Positions 38,468 through 47,077 of a stretch of DNA of 64,000 nt are shown here, piece by piece (the stretch's first letter is position 1; every line of letters begins with the position of its first letter). Source of the stretch: a virus. Its lineage: Duplodnaviria > Caudoviricetes. Under the pieces are notes generated by a model. It saw nothing but the letters and a program-made list of their open reading frames with translations, ran no database searches and was not told the DNA's origin. The stretch spans positions 182-64,181 of IMG/VR virus record IMGVR_UViG_2791355391_000001; one strand, given 5' to 3'. Position numbers and translations under genes: made by a program.

Positions 38468-38550
38468 GCCGTTAATCTAATTTGTAAACTTTGTGTTAGT
38501 CAATATGTAACACTCTGTCAAAGGCACCCGAAGATGCCTTTTGCACAGTG

Positions 38551-38706
38551 TTAATCACTAGATTTAATAAGCGGCCAGAGTAAAGCGATAACCCCAGCCA
38601 CTAGCACGCCATCAGCAAGGATGGACATCATTTTGCTGGTGAAATCGATGGCAACCACCAGGAACAACAAAACCCCGGCGGCCGCCCAGCGCAGTTTGCC
38701 GATCAC
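38551..38706 (-). CDS. 51-aa membrane protein coupled to the TerB-like gene (not in ORF track)
   Basis: GTG start overlaps upstream TGA; MIGKLRWAAAGVLLFLVVAIDFTSKMMSILADGVLVAGVIALLWPLIKSSD*. Confidence 0.7.
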   Translation of the reverse strand: MIGKLRWAAAGVLLFLVVAIDFTSKMMSILADGVLVAGVIALLWPLIKSSD

Positions 38707-39128
38707 AGGTACTGATCCAGAGGAAGCTGGAGAGCCTGAGCGATTTTCTTCAGCTGTTTCTCTTCTTCTTCACCGATACCGTCGTTATCAGCAACATCAA
38801 GGCACAGGCAAAGAACATCAACAGCGTCATTTGTACCCGCAACATCAGCCAATTCACGCAGCGCCTGAGCGTTGGCTGAACGTGGTGAAGCTTCGTAACG
38901 AGCACGAATATTACTGCTCATTTGTGCGATTTCACCGGCGAACGGCGCGAAGGCTGGCAGCGCCGAAATTGTTTTTTCCAGCGTGGCGATTTCTTTCGCA
39001 TCGCAGGTACCATCGGCATACGCAATGGAATAAGCGCCCCACACAGTCGCCTCAACCGCATCGCGATTTTCCATTTTCTTAACTTCAACAACGGCTTTAC
39101 GTGCTTTCTTTTTGAAGAGACCAAACAT
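38703..39128 (-). CDS. TerB-family protein
   Basis: IAYADG..DAKE and VADNDGIGEEEEKQLKKIAQALQL duplicated TerB motifs. Confidence 0.85.
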   Translation of the reverse strand: MFGLFKKKARKAVVEVKKMENRDAVEATVWGAYSIAYADGTCDAKEIATLEKTISALPAFAPFAGEIAQMSSNIRARYEASPRSANAQALRELADVAGTNDAVDVLCLCLDVADNDGIGEEEEKQLKKIAQALQLPLDQYL

Positions 39129-39513
39129 AGTGACTTTCCTTTTAGCGGGTGAGCCAGCGCTCAGGAATGATCAGCCCACAGAGATAGTCACACTGACTAT
39201 TCCCTATGGCTCACCCCTGAAAGGCTCTGTGGTTAATTAGCGCCGAGCGTGGCGCAGATACGAAAAAGGCCCGCGGATGCGAGCCTTTTGAGAATTATGC
39301 TTACTTCAACTCATCAAGAGCGAAATCATTTGTGCCTAAACCACAGGTCAATTAAAAATGTTGCAAAAACAACAACAAAGAACCAGGCAATAGCCCCTTC
39401 AAGTTCAATAAGACTCATTAGACCATCCGCTTATTTTCTGTTCTTTGAGAGTATTATAGGGGCTAAGACAGTACGAATGTAAAGGTTTTGCAATTATTGC
39501 AAGAGCCCTGAAA

Positions 39514-39540
39514 AGCAAAAAACCCCGCCGAGGCGAGGTC
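39514..39540 (-). terminator. tR'-like terminator
   Basis: ACCTCGCC-TC-GGCGGGGT followed by TTTTT on minus strand. Confidence 0.8.
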
Positions 39541-39565
39541 TTAATATCTGTAACGTCATGGGCGT

Positions 39566-39614
39566 AATAACCCATCGTTGAAACGAGATTAGCCAATTTC
39601 CGCCACGTTTGCAA
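39566..39614 (-). promoter_or_regulatory. Late promoter pR' with lambda-like pause element
   Basis: TTGCAA-17-TAATCT then AACGATGGGTTA, as in the lambda pR' initial transcript; directly after Q. Confidence 0.85.
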
Positions 39615-39629
39615 TACCCCTTGGAAAAA

Positions 39630-40427
39630 TCACCTCGTTACCCGTTCGAGCATCTTTTCTGCGAAGGATTCTTCAACGTGGCAATACTCCACCAGTCGAT
39701 CGAAGAACAATTTGAAGTTTCTGCGCCAGGTAGTTTCTGTCACTCCAAGAGCCTTAAATACCTCGGTATCCTTTAATCTGGGATAGCCACGCCCGCTACA
39801 GCGGGGGCACTGTTTAAAAACAGGAAGCCCCTGCAACTTGGATTTTTTCTTATCGAGAACTTCACCGCGCCCCCGGCACCGGCATTCGTTCTTGATGCTC
39901 CCCTTCCCATTGCACGTTTTGCAGATTACCTTCACCTGCTCACGAATGGTTTTAACTTCCTCCCAGTCCGATGGCGATATCCCCTTCGTGATCTTGACCC
40001 ACTTCGGGGGCTTTCCGTCCGGATAGGTCACCTTGTTGGTGAACACCTCAGCGTCAATGAACCCGAATCCGCCGCAACTACTGCATGTCACCTTGCTGGC
40101 TGCGCTCAGCGAGTAATCACGGAAAACGTATTCTGCCAGAACACGCAAAAATGCTCGCCGTTGCTCGTCGCCCATAGCCTGAAGAGGCCTGTTACGGTTG
40201 GCCCGCTTAGTGGCTAATTCTACGATGAAGGCGATGATATTATCAGACGAAATCACCCCCACCTTTGCGAGGTAGAGCTCTATTCCTATCGCCGATTTTG
40301 ATGCTGCGAGCCCCAACGCGGCCATGACATCAGTAATCGTGAGTGTGTCAGCGGTGATCCCACATGGTACAGCACCGGGCATCATCGATTTTGGTGAGAA
40401 AAATTTTGGTAATGCATCAAGTTTCAC
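39630..40427 (-). CDS. Late antiterminator Q-like protein
   Basis: Repeated CxxCxGxG zinc motifs, position before pR' and lysis genes. Confidence 0.85.
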   Translation of the reverse strand: MKLDALPKFFSPKSMMPGAVPCGITADTLTITDVMAALGLAASKSAIGIELYLAKVGVISSDNIIAFIVELATKRANRNRPLQAMGDEQRRAFLRVLAEYVFRDYSLSAASKVTCSSCGGFGFIDAEVFTNKVTYPDGKPPKWVKITKGISPSDWEEVKTIREQVKVICKTCNGKGSIKNECRCRGRGEVLDKKKSKLQGLPVFKQCPRCSGRGYPRLKDTEVFKALGVTETTWRRNFKLFFDRLVEYCHVEESFAEKMLERVTR

Positions 40428-40557
40428 AATTATGCCCCTACTTTATAGATGAGGATTTGGTTTCTGAGGATTCGATAAGCCACCGGGAACGATCCGCGAT
40501 AGCGGATGATATTCAGTCGTTGCCAACGTTGACGAATATCCTCGATAATTTCTGGGC

Positions 40558-40902
40558 TCAATTTTTCGCTCTCCGGATTCTGGCTTTGGCGTTACGCTCG
40601 ATCTGGATAAGTTTCTCGATGTTCCGACGGCGCTCTTTTTCCTCTTTGCGAAGGGATTTCACATTGTCTGCAAGCTGCGTCTCCTTTTTGGCGAGTGACA
40701 GCATCCAGTCGAAAGGATCCACTGCGGCGCCACATGTGCGGCAACGAACCTGCCGTTCTTTCTCGTTGACGCTGACGGCAGGATGACGGCAAAAAGGCCG
40801 CTCGGATTGCTCATACAGAAAGTTGGTCATATCACGCGGCTCATCCTCTTTTGCGGGAAACGCGACGATATTGCTCAGTTCGCTTTCGGTTTCAGTCGTC
40901 AT
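40558..40902 (-). CDS. Hypothetical zinc-binding protein
   Basis: CxH...CxxC then coiled coil. Confidence 0.7.
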   Translation of the reverse strand: MTTETESELSNIVAFPAKEDEPRDMTNFLYEQSERPFCRHPAVSVNEKERQVRCRTCGAAVDPFDWMLSLAKKETQLADNVKSLRKEEKERRRNIEKLIQIERNAKARIRRAKN

Positions 40903-41195
40903 GATTTAATGAGTCCCTCTCTCCGCCAGATTTCGAGTGTCCGAAACACGCCTTCTGCATGCATCAGGCGCAATTCGTCGTAGGTGAAATCGGTGATTTT
41001 GGTTCTGCCGTCGATTACGTCATGGCAGTTACTGCAGGCGATCGCCGCCTGGGTATCATCGGGTTTGCAGCCAGTTCCGCACGTACCCGCCAGCCGGTAA
41101 TGTGCCAGCACGCTGGTTTCCGGGTTGCCGTTGCAGTGCCCGGGGATCCGCACGGTACATTCTCTTCCACGCGCCTCTTTGCGTAGGTTCGCCAT
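40899..41195 (-). CDS. YbcO/DUF1364-like protein
   Basis: LRKEARGRECTVRIPGHC, LAHYR, ACSNCHD. Confidence 0.8.
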   Translation of the reverse strand: MANLRKEARGRECTVRIPGHCNGNPETSVLAHYRLAGTCGTGCKPDDTQAAIACSNCHDVIDGRTKITDFTYDELRLMHAEGVFRTLEIWRREGLIKS

Positions 41196-41197
41196 AA

Positions 41198-41404
41198 TCA
41201 CTCCCACATCCTGTTGCGCCAGCGGGAGTCTGGCCGCGGCGGATTTTTGTCCTCCACCAGCTGCGCGCTGACGGTCCATGTCATAAAGTCAGGGTTTAAG
41301 CTTCGTTCGAACTTTATGCCCCGCTGGCTATATCTCTCAATCAGTTCGTCGGCCTGCTGCGTTGTGCATTCGTGATGGTGAAACCATGAGCGTTTCATCG
41401 GCAT
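41198..41404 (-). CDS. Hypothetical nin-region protein
   Basis: About 68 aa, tightly packed; start uncertain. Confidence 0.6.
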   Translation of the reverse strand: MPMKRSWFHHHECTTQQADELIERYSQRGIKFERSLNPDFMTWTVSAQLVEDKNPPRPDSRWRNRMWE

Positions 41405-42003
41405 CACCCCGCGAAGCTTAAAAGCTGGTTGGCGGCGTTCTCAGCTTCCTGCAGGCTGTTGAACGAGCGAGAGAGGACCCACCGCCAGAGAACATCGAGC
41501 GATGCTTTGTACAGTTCCTGGAATTCGCATTCGTCCATGCTGGCGAAAGAAATGCTGCGGGGATGTTTTTTCAGCGTGCCATCCGGCAACTGGATGGCGT
41601 CATAGTGTCCAGCTTCAACGATTACCCATGCGCGATAGGCATCAAATGATTTACAGATGCTGATACTGCCAGCGCGTTTCTCGGCTATCCGGTCGAGGTA
41701 TTGCTCAGCGGCATCAAGCAATGCTGATTCATTGCCGCCATACGCTGCCAGGTATTTTGCATACCCCGTCACCAGTCGGCGTTCATTGGACGAGATCGCC
41801 CCGCCGGTAGGTTCCCAGTATTCAAATCCGAGATTGAGCAAAGCGAAGAAGCGGCGGTGAAACGCCGGATTTCGGACAAGCTTATAATCGGCTTCCAGGA
41901 CGGCGCCGAGCTTGCATTTTGACTGCAGAAAATCACTGGTCTCCTGCGTGGCAGGGATCAGTATGCCTTGAGACTGCTTTATTAGGTGTAATTGCTGCGC
42001 CAT
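41404..42003 (-). CDS. DUF1367-like nin-region protein
   Basis: RNPAFHRRFFALL and PRSISFASMD motifs. Confidence 0.75.
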   Translation of the reverse strand: MAQQLHLIKQSQGILIPATQETSDFLQSKCKLGAVLEADYKLVRNPAFHRRFFALLNLGFEYWEPTGGAISSNERRLVTGYAKYLAAYGGNESALLDAAEQYLDRIAEKRAGSISICKSFDAYRAWVIVEAGHYDAIQLPDGTLKKHPRSISFASMDECEFQELYKASLDVLWRWVLSRSFNSLQEAENAANQLLSFAG

Positions 42004-42038
42004 CGTTTTCTCCGGTGGCGCAGTAGGTTAACGGTTGT

Positions 42039-42281
42039 TCAGGCCGTTGATTTCATATTATCAGTTGAGGGTGAAATGTGGTAGCCGAGGCGTCGAAGAA
42101 ATGCCGTCATTGTGGACAAATTAAACACAGACTCATCATCAAGCAACGGCCTGAGCGATACCAGACCATTTTTGCTATAAACCAGATGGTTATCACCTGC
42201 CGGTATGGACCCCATGATCACTCCGTCAGAACGACGGACGATATCATACCACTCTGCTTGCTCAACCACCTGCACCTCCAC
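42039..42281 (-). CDS. Hypothetical protein downstream of a LexA box
   Basis: About 80 aa, start uncertain. Confidence 0.55.
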   Translation of the reverse strand: MEVQVVEQAEWYDIVRRSDGVIMGSIPAGDNHLVYSKNGLVSLRPLLDDESVFNLSTMTAFLRRLGYHISPSTDNMKSTA

Positions 42282-42383
42282 TACGTTCTTCTCGTTTTCA
42301 TCCTCGTCTTTAAATTACGTTACCAGACGATTTCAAAAGCCGAATAGCCAGAGAGAAGAAATTTCAAATTATTTCTAAAAAAA

Positions 42384-42403
42384 TACTGTGCTTATATACA
42401 GTA
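42384..42403. promoter_or_regulatory. LexA (SOS) box
   Basis: TACTGTGCTTATATACAGTA = CTG-N10-CAG. Confidence 0.8.
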
Positions 42404-42739
42404 TAATTAATTCTACGATTATTCAAGATGCCGATGGTACTTTTTTAAAACCGTATCCTACTGTTTTTATTGTGTTTTTCAAAATGAAACGGGCCAAGGG
42501 GAAGAGTTACGTCTTGTCGTTCTGTTCAGGCATTATGATGTAGCGCGGATCGGATGCTCAGGTCCGTTGGATGCTCGGCCCACGTTAGTAGCGCCCTCTT
42601 CTCAGAATATGCATTGGCTCAAACATGACCTGAAAAAATTCTCAGGCACCGCACAATCCAGATGGCCGGTCAGATTTGAGAGAAAAGTTGGCAATGCTAT
42701 CTTTAATACTTCGTGAACGTTGATAAGGGAGCTGCTGTT

Positions 42740-43129
42740 ATGGATAGGAAATTATCTGGTGGGTGTTTATGTGGGTTTATCAGATTCACAGCGGTGAACC
42801 CTTCTTCCTCTCATTCCTACTCCTGCGATATATGCCTGAAGCATTCTGGCTGCCAGACCGCAGTATGGCTTGAATTTCACTCTGATGATGTTGAATGGAC
42901 TGGCGAAGGGGGTGTTCCTTCCCTGTTCCGCTCATCCACAGCTTCATCCAGGGCATTTTGCGCCCGTTGTGGCACCTCAGTTGGCGCTATCGATGACACT
43001 CCAGTGATCGCTTTTCTGAGCGGTATCTTTGACAACAACGAGCAGGCCTTGTTTTCGCCACAATTTCACTCCTTTCAAGATATAAAACCTGAATGGTGGA
43101 AAAAAATCATGCCTGATACTGCTGTCTAA
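42740..43129 (+). CDS. GFA-family zinc-binding protein
   Basis: GGCLCG, CDIC, RAFCARCGT motifs; second cluster reads HSYSCDIC. Confidence 0.8.
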   Translation: MDRKLSGGCLCGFIRFTAVNPSSSHSYSCDICLKHSGCQTAVWLEFHSDDVEWTGEGGVPSLFRSSTASSRAFCARCGTSVGAIDDTPVIAFLSGIFDNNEQALFSPQFHSFQDIKPEWWKKIMPDTAV

Positions 43130-43682
43130 ATAATGAAGCAGTGTCATGAAGCCATCTCATGGCATTCAAAGTAACTGTGAAGCGAATAAGGTTAGTGTTT
43201 GTTTTGGTCCTTAACTGTCTGCAGTGATCGAGGGGCGGAAATTTTAGTTTAGGACATATTGCAGCGACTTTTGGACTGGCCCCACCCCGGTGAGTTATCA
43301 GGAATGCTGAAAGTTGATTCCAATAAGAGCGACTCACATTTGGTCTGGATGTGACCGTGGCGGATAGATATGTAAATGTATTATGGCGGGGCGCTCAAAG
43401 CTACATACTAAAATATCCAGATCAATTAACGAGATGAATGGATTGAAATTTTCAATCAAAAAAGAAGTACGAAAGATTCTGTAAGGATAACAAGGGAAAG
43501 CTGGGAAACTACGAACTTCTTCCCTCGAAGTTAAGTCAAGGTTAGCATCCCAGGATTTGGGAGTTGATTAGTGTAAAGTGGATGTTATGCTCAAATTATT
43601 CCATTTTTCATCCATACACCTTAAATATAAAAACATATCAACACAAAACACCCAGTCCTATATTTCATCCCAACCCTGTAAC

Positions 43683-44981
43683 TTAATGTTTAATCTTGTT
43701 AAAATTATTAGCCATTTTTTCATTAATTATGCCACCGCTCTTGTATTTTTTTTCTCGCAAAACATTATTAAAACAACTCAGTTCGGAAATGTTCTCCACC
43801 TGCGTAAAGTAGAATAATTTCAAAATAGTACATCGTACGAATGAACGAACAATTTGCAATTGTTGTATTGTGACAGATTTGGAACCGGCGTGAGCTATTT
43901 TTGAACGCATAGCATAAAATGATTTAACTTTCTTTTCAATTTCTATGCACTCTTTAGTTGACTCACCATTAATGTATGCACACTGCTCCGCAATACTTGA
44001 CATAATTGAAGGAGTGATAATACTTTTATCATCAATCTTCAGTAGTGCCTCAAGTGCAATAACTGTTTTTAGGTAAGCGCTAGAAAGATTGTTATCTGAA
44101 TAAGATTCCCCGAGCCATTCGACCGCCGTAGATATTCTTTTTTCAAAATTATTATCATAATCTAATACGATACGAGCCAACACATCGAAAAAGTCAACCA
44201 TCTCTCGAGGAAGATATTTTGACAAAGTTGAAATATCAAGATCGCCTTTGAATTGTTTTCTTACTTCGTCCCCACTAAAGATACCATACTCACTACTAAC
44301 GGTTGTATTTTGATATGGAGAGAATCGCATCCTCAAAATCCCTATTGAATAGGTTGAATGTAGCTCTCCTAACAAAAAAGCAATAAAATTTTCAAATGAA
44401 TTAAATGCAGCATCCGCAAGTTCTAAAGCTTTTTCTGGATCTCTGGATTTTACAGTGCATTTGATAATTGTTCTTTTTGATTCTACGCTTTGGATGCGTG
44501 AAAATCCATCATTCGGTAATTGCTCAATGAATTCATCTTTATGTCGTGGTAGCTGATAAATTATCAACGGTCCAATTTTGACCGGACCGGAAAAGTCATT
44601 AATTATTACACCATGAAATGTTCTTGTTACAATATAATCAACTGTATTTAGCGACTTGAGGTTCTTTAAAAACTCATCGACGCGACAATCAATATCTACT
44701 ATGGATTTCTTATCACATTCATGCAATGTCTGTCGTATTATCATAAGCAACCATCGTTGTGATAATCCCTCCCCATTTTTTGATATGAGGAAATCGTTCA
44801 TTGCCTGGCTAAGTTTTTCGCTATCAATAATTTTAACATAATCAGAAAATTCATACGCAGCTGATGTTATACCTCGATTAACAACCTCTCCATTACGGAA
44901 GTCACACGCTTCGAATATACGGGTGAGTATTTTTTCTTTACCTATTGCCATCTCATTACCCCTGTGAATTACGGATACCAA
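43683..44981 (-). CDS. HEPN-domain protein (ApeA-like architecture), start possibly 44951
   Basis: IALEALL and FYAMRSKIAHAG (RxxxxH); AT-rich. Confidence 0.75.
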   Translation of the reverse strand: MVSVIHRGNEMAIGKEKILTRIFEACDFRNGEVVNRGITSAAYEFSDYVKIIDSEKLSQAMNDFLISKNGEGLSQRWLLMIIRQTLHECDKKSIVDIDCRVDEFLKNLKSLNTVDYIVTRTFHGVIINDFSGPVKIGPLIIYQLPRHKDEFIEQLPNDGFSRIQSVESKRTIIKCTVKSRDPEKALELADAAFNSFENFIAFLLGELHSTYSIGILRMRFSPYQNTTVSSEYGIFSGDEVRKQFKGDLDISTLSKYLPREMVDFFDVLARIVLDYDNNFEKRISTAVEWLGESYSDNNLSSAYLKTVIALEALLKIDDKSIITPSIMSSIAEQCAYINGESTKECIEIEKKVKSFYAMRSKIAHAGSKSVTIQQLQIVRSFVRCTILKLFYFTQVENISELSCFNNVLREKKYKSGGIINEKMANNFNKIKH

Positions 44982-45467
44982 ACCTCAATGCATAATGCAT
45001 TTTATTAACGTGTAGATTGTACTGCAATTTAAGTTTAGATGCCATTGAAAATATCAACTTTTTATAGAGTGGAGTTTTTACTGCATATCATGGAACCTAT
45101 TGAAGTAAACTCATTCGGATTGATTGACTTACTTTTATTATTGTTTAGCCTCGATACATCCGAAGAAGGAAAATTCAGTGTCACTGGTTGAGACGAACAC
45201 TATCTTGATACTTGGAGTGGAAGCGGCTTAATTAAATCAGTACAAAACAACAAATTCACTCTCAAGTTAATAAACAGACCAAGTTACAATATATCTAACA
45301 ATTTAGACTTCTTTGATTTTTCTTTGAAAAATAAGTTAATTGGAGAATAATGTACACTCCCTGAGCGTTATGGTTATCAGACCCTGTAAGTCTGTACCTG
45401 GATTAATGTTTACCGGATTGCTTTCGATTTTGACTTTGAATCCAATTAATAAAGGAAACACACTGTT

Positions 45468-45510
45468 TGAACTGAACTGAACTGAACTGAACTGAACTGA
45501 ACTGAACTGA
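45468..45510. repeat. Pentanucleotide microsatellite (TGAAC)8 + TGA
   Basis: Perfect 43-bp tandem array. Confidence 0.98.
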
Positions 45511-45638
45511 GAGTGTGACATCCTTTCTCCATTTAGCATCGCAGGTTGTTAGTAACGTCCGCTCTTGGCTGTGAGTTCAACCGATGGATGCAACACATTG
45601 AGATCAGAAAACTACTCTAACCATGATGGTATTATGGT

Positions 45639-45761
45639 TTATGCAACCTCCCTCACCTTACACATTTCCGATAAGTTCGCCCTCACCAGAGCCTCAGCAA
45701 ACGGCGGTGGGACAGCGTTTCCGCAGCGCGCCACCTGCTTATCTTTGGCGTATCTCATGCC
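45639..45761 (-). pseudogene. C-terminal remnant of a phage DNA cytosine methyltransferase
   Basis: YAKDKQVARCGNAVPPPFAEALVRANL = C5-MTase motif X region. Confidence 0.7.
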
Positions 45762-46027
45762 GAGGCAGACCTACTTGGTGGTCTATTGATGAGGAATGCT
45801 TAACAACATAGAAATAAAAAACCCGCCGAAGCGGGTTTTCTCATGCTGCCTTACCATTTCTCTCTGTCAACGTTGGCAAAATAGAAAGTAGAAGGCTCTC
45901 CAGTTGTGTAGTCTGGCAGTTTAGATGAGACGACTACCACTGGGTAAGTGGCATTGACGCCATACTCAAGTAGTAAGCTAACCCGCCAAGCATTAACTAA
46001 CCACTTTATTATGGCTACATCTAACAT

Positions 46028-46471
46028 TTATTTCAGAAACTTGTTATACACGAAGAACTCAGTATCTCGCACAAATCCATTACGCTCATACAACGCCTGT
46101 GCACGGATGTTATCTGTAGCGGTACTGAGCATAATAAATGCCGAATCGCTCTCCTTCGCCAGTTGCTCAGCACGTGAGATTAGTTTGTGTGCCACACCAT
46201 GCTTACGAGCTGACTCATCAACGAAAAGGTCATAAAGCAACCAAATACGTTTCATCTCAAGAGAGCAAAATAAAGGATAGAGCTGCGTAAAGCCTACCGC
46301 TTTCCCATCAACCTCGGCGTAAAAGATCACGGACTCATTAAGCTGAAGGCGCTTGAGAATAAAATCTCTGGCCTGCGAGGCATTTTCTTCGACCTCGTAG
46401 AAACGACGGTACCCGAGATACAGGGGAAGGATAGTATCCACATCATGTGGTTGAGCCTGGTAAATCTTCAT
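46028..46471 (-). CDS. GNAT acetyltransferase
   Basis: LYDLFVDESARKHGVAHKLI, NIRAQALYERNGF. Confidence 0.9.
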   Translation of the reverse strand: MKIYQAQPHDVDTILPLYLGYRRFYEVEENASQARDFILKRLQLNESVIFYAEVDGKAVGFTQLYPLFCSLEMKRIWLLYDLFVDESARKHGVAHKLISRAEQLAKESDSAFIMLSTATDNIRAQALYERNGFVRDTEFFVYNKFLK

Positions 46472-46614
46472 ACAAAAACCTCATAACTAATGAGCGTATA
46501 ATTGTATTACAAATAATTTTTCCGATTTGTCCTTTTGTGGGCTTAAGTTCACTTTTCGCCCCCCCATTCTCCTGTTGGATTGATTTTTCGCCATAAAAGA
46601 TAAAACCTGCCGAA

Positions 46615-47025
46615 GCGGGCTTTATCATATACATGACCGGTGCAGCGCTGAACCGGGGGGACGTAAACAATATCCGCAAGGCCATGAAAAGCGCCAAGAT
46701 ACCGGGCAACTTCCGTAACCTGTTTATGTACTCGCCCAATGGTAAAAAGGGCTGCATCCAGATAATACCGCTGTCAGAGATCGCGGCGAAGGATGAATTT
46801 CTGAATATCAAGAACGTCAGCCGAGATGATAGGATGGCAGCGCACCGCGTGCCACCACAGATGATGGGAATTATGCCTAATAACGTAGGAGGTTTTGGTG
46901 ATGTTGAAAAGGCCAGCAGTGTTTTTGTACGCAATTAGTTAGTTCCACTGCAAAAACGATTAAAGGAACTTAACGAATAGTTAGGCGAGGACGTTATTAG
47001 TTTTGAATCTTATACTTTATGTTAA
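46615..47025 (+). pseudogene. C-terminal remnant of a P2-like portal gene (gpQ) with two in-frame stops
   Basis: AGFIIYMT...GNFRNLFMYSPNGKK...AAHRVPPQMMGIMPNNVGGFGDVEKA...RN*LVPLQKRLKELNE*LGEDVISFESYTL. Confidence 0.9.
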
Positions 47026-47077
47026 CCAAACTTTTAATCAATAATACAACTATGGCACTTAATGTGCCATAGCACCT

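Noticed and set aside
38474-38503. The late promoter pR'
   Set aside because: Shares TTGACT with lambda pR', but the site at 39566-39614 follows Q and has the AACGATGGG pause element and tR'
38703-39128. Tellurite resistance determinant
   Set aside because: Single TerB-fold gene without terC/terD
45468-45510. CRISPR array
   Set aside because: Pure pentamer tandem without spacers; no cas genes and no repeat-spacer array seen anywhere in the window
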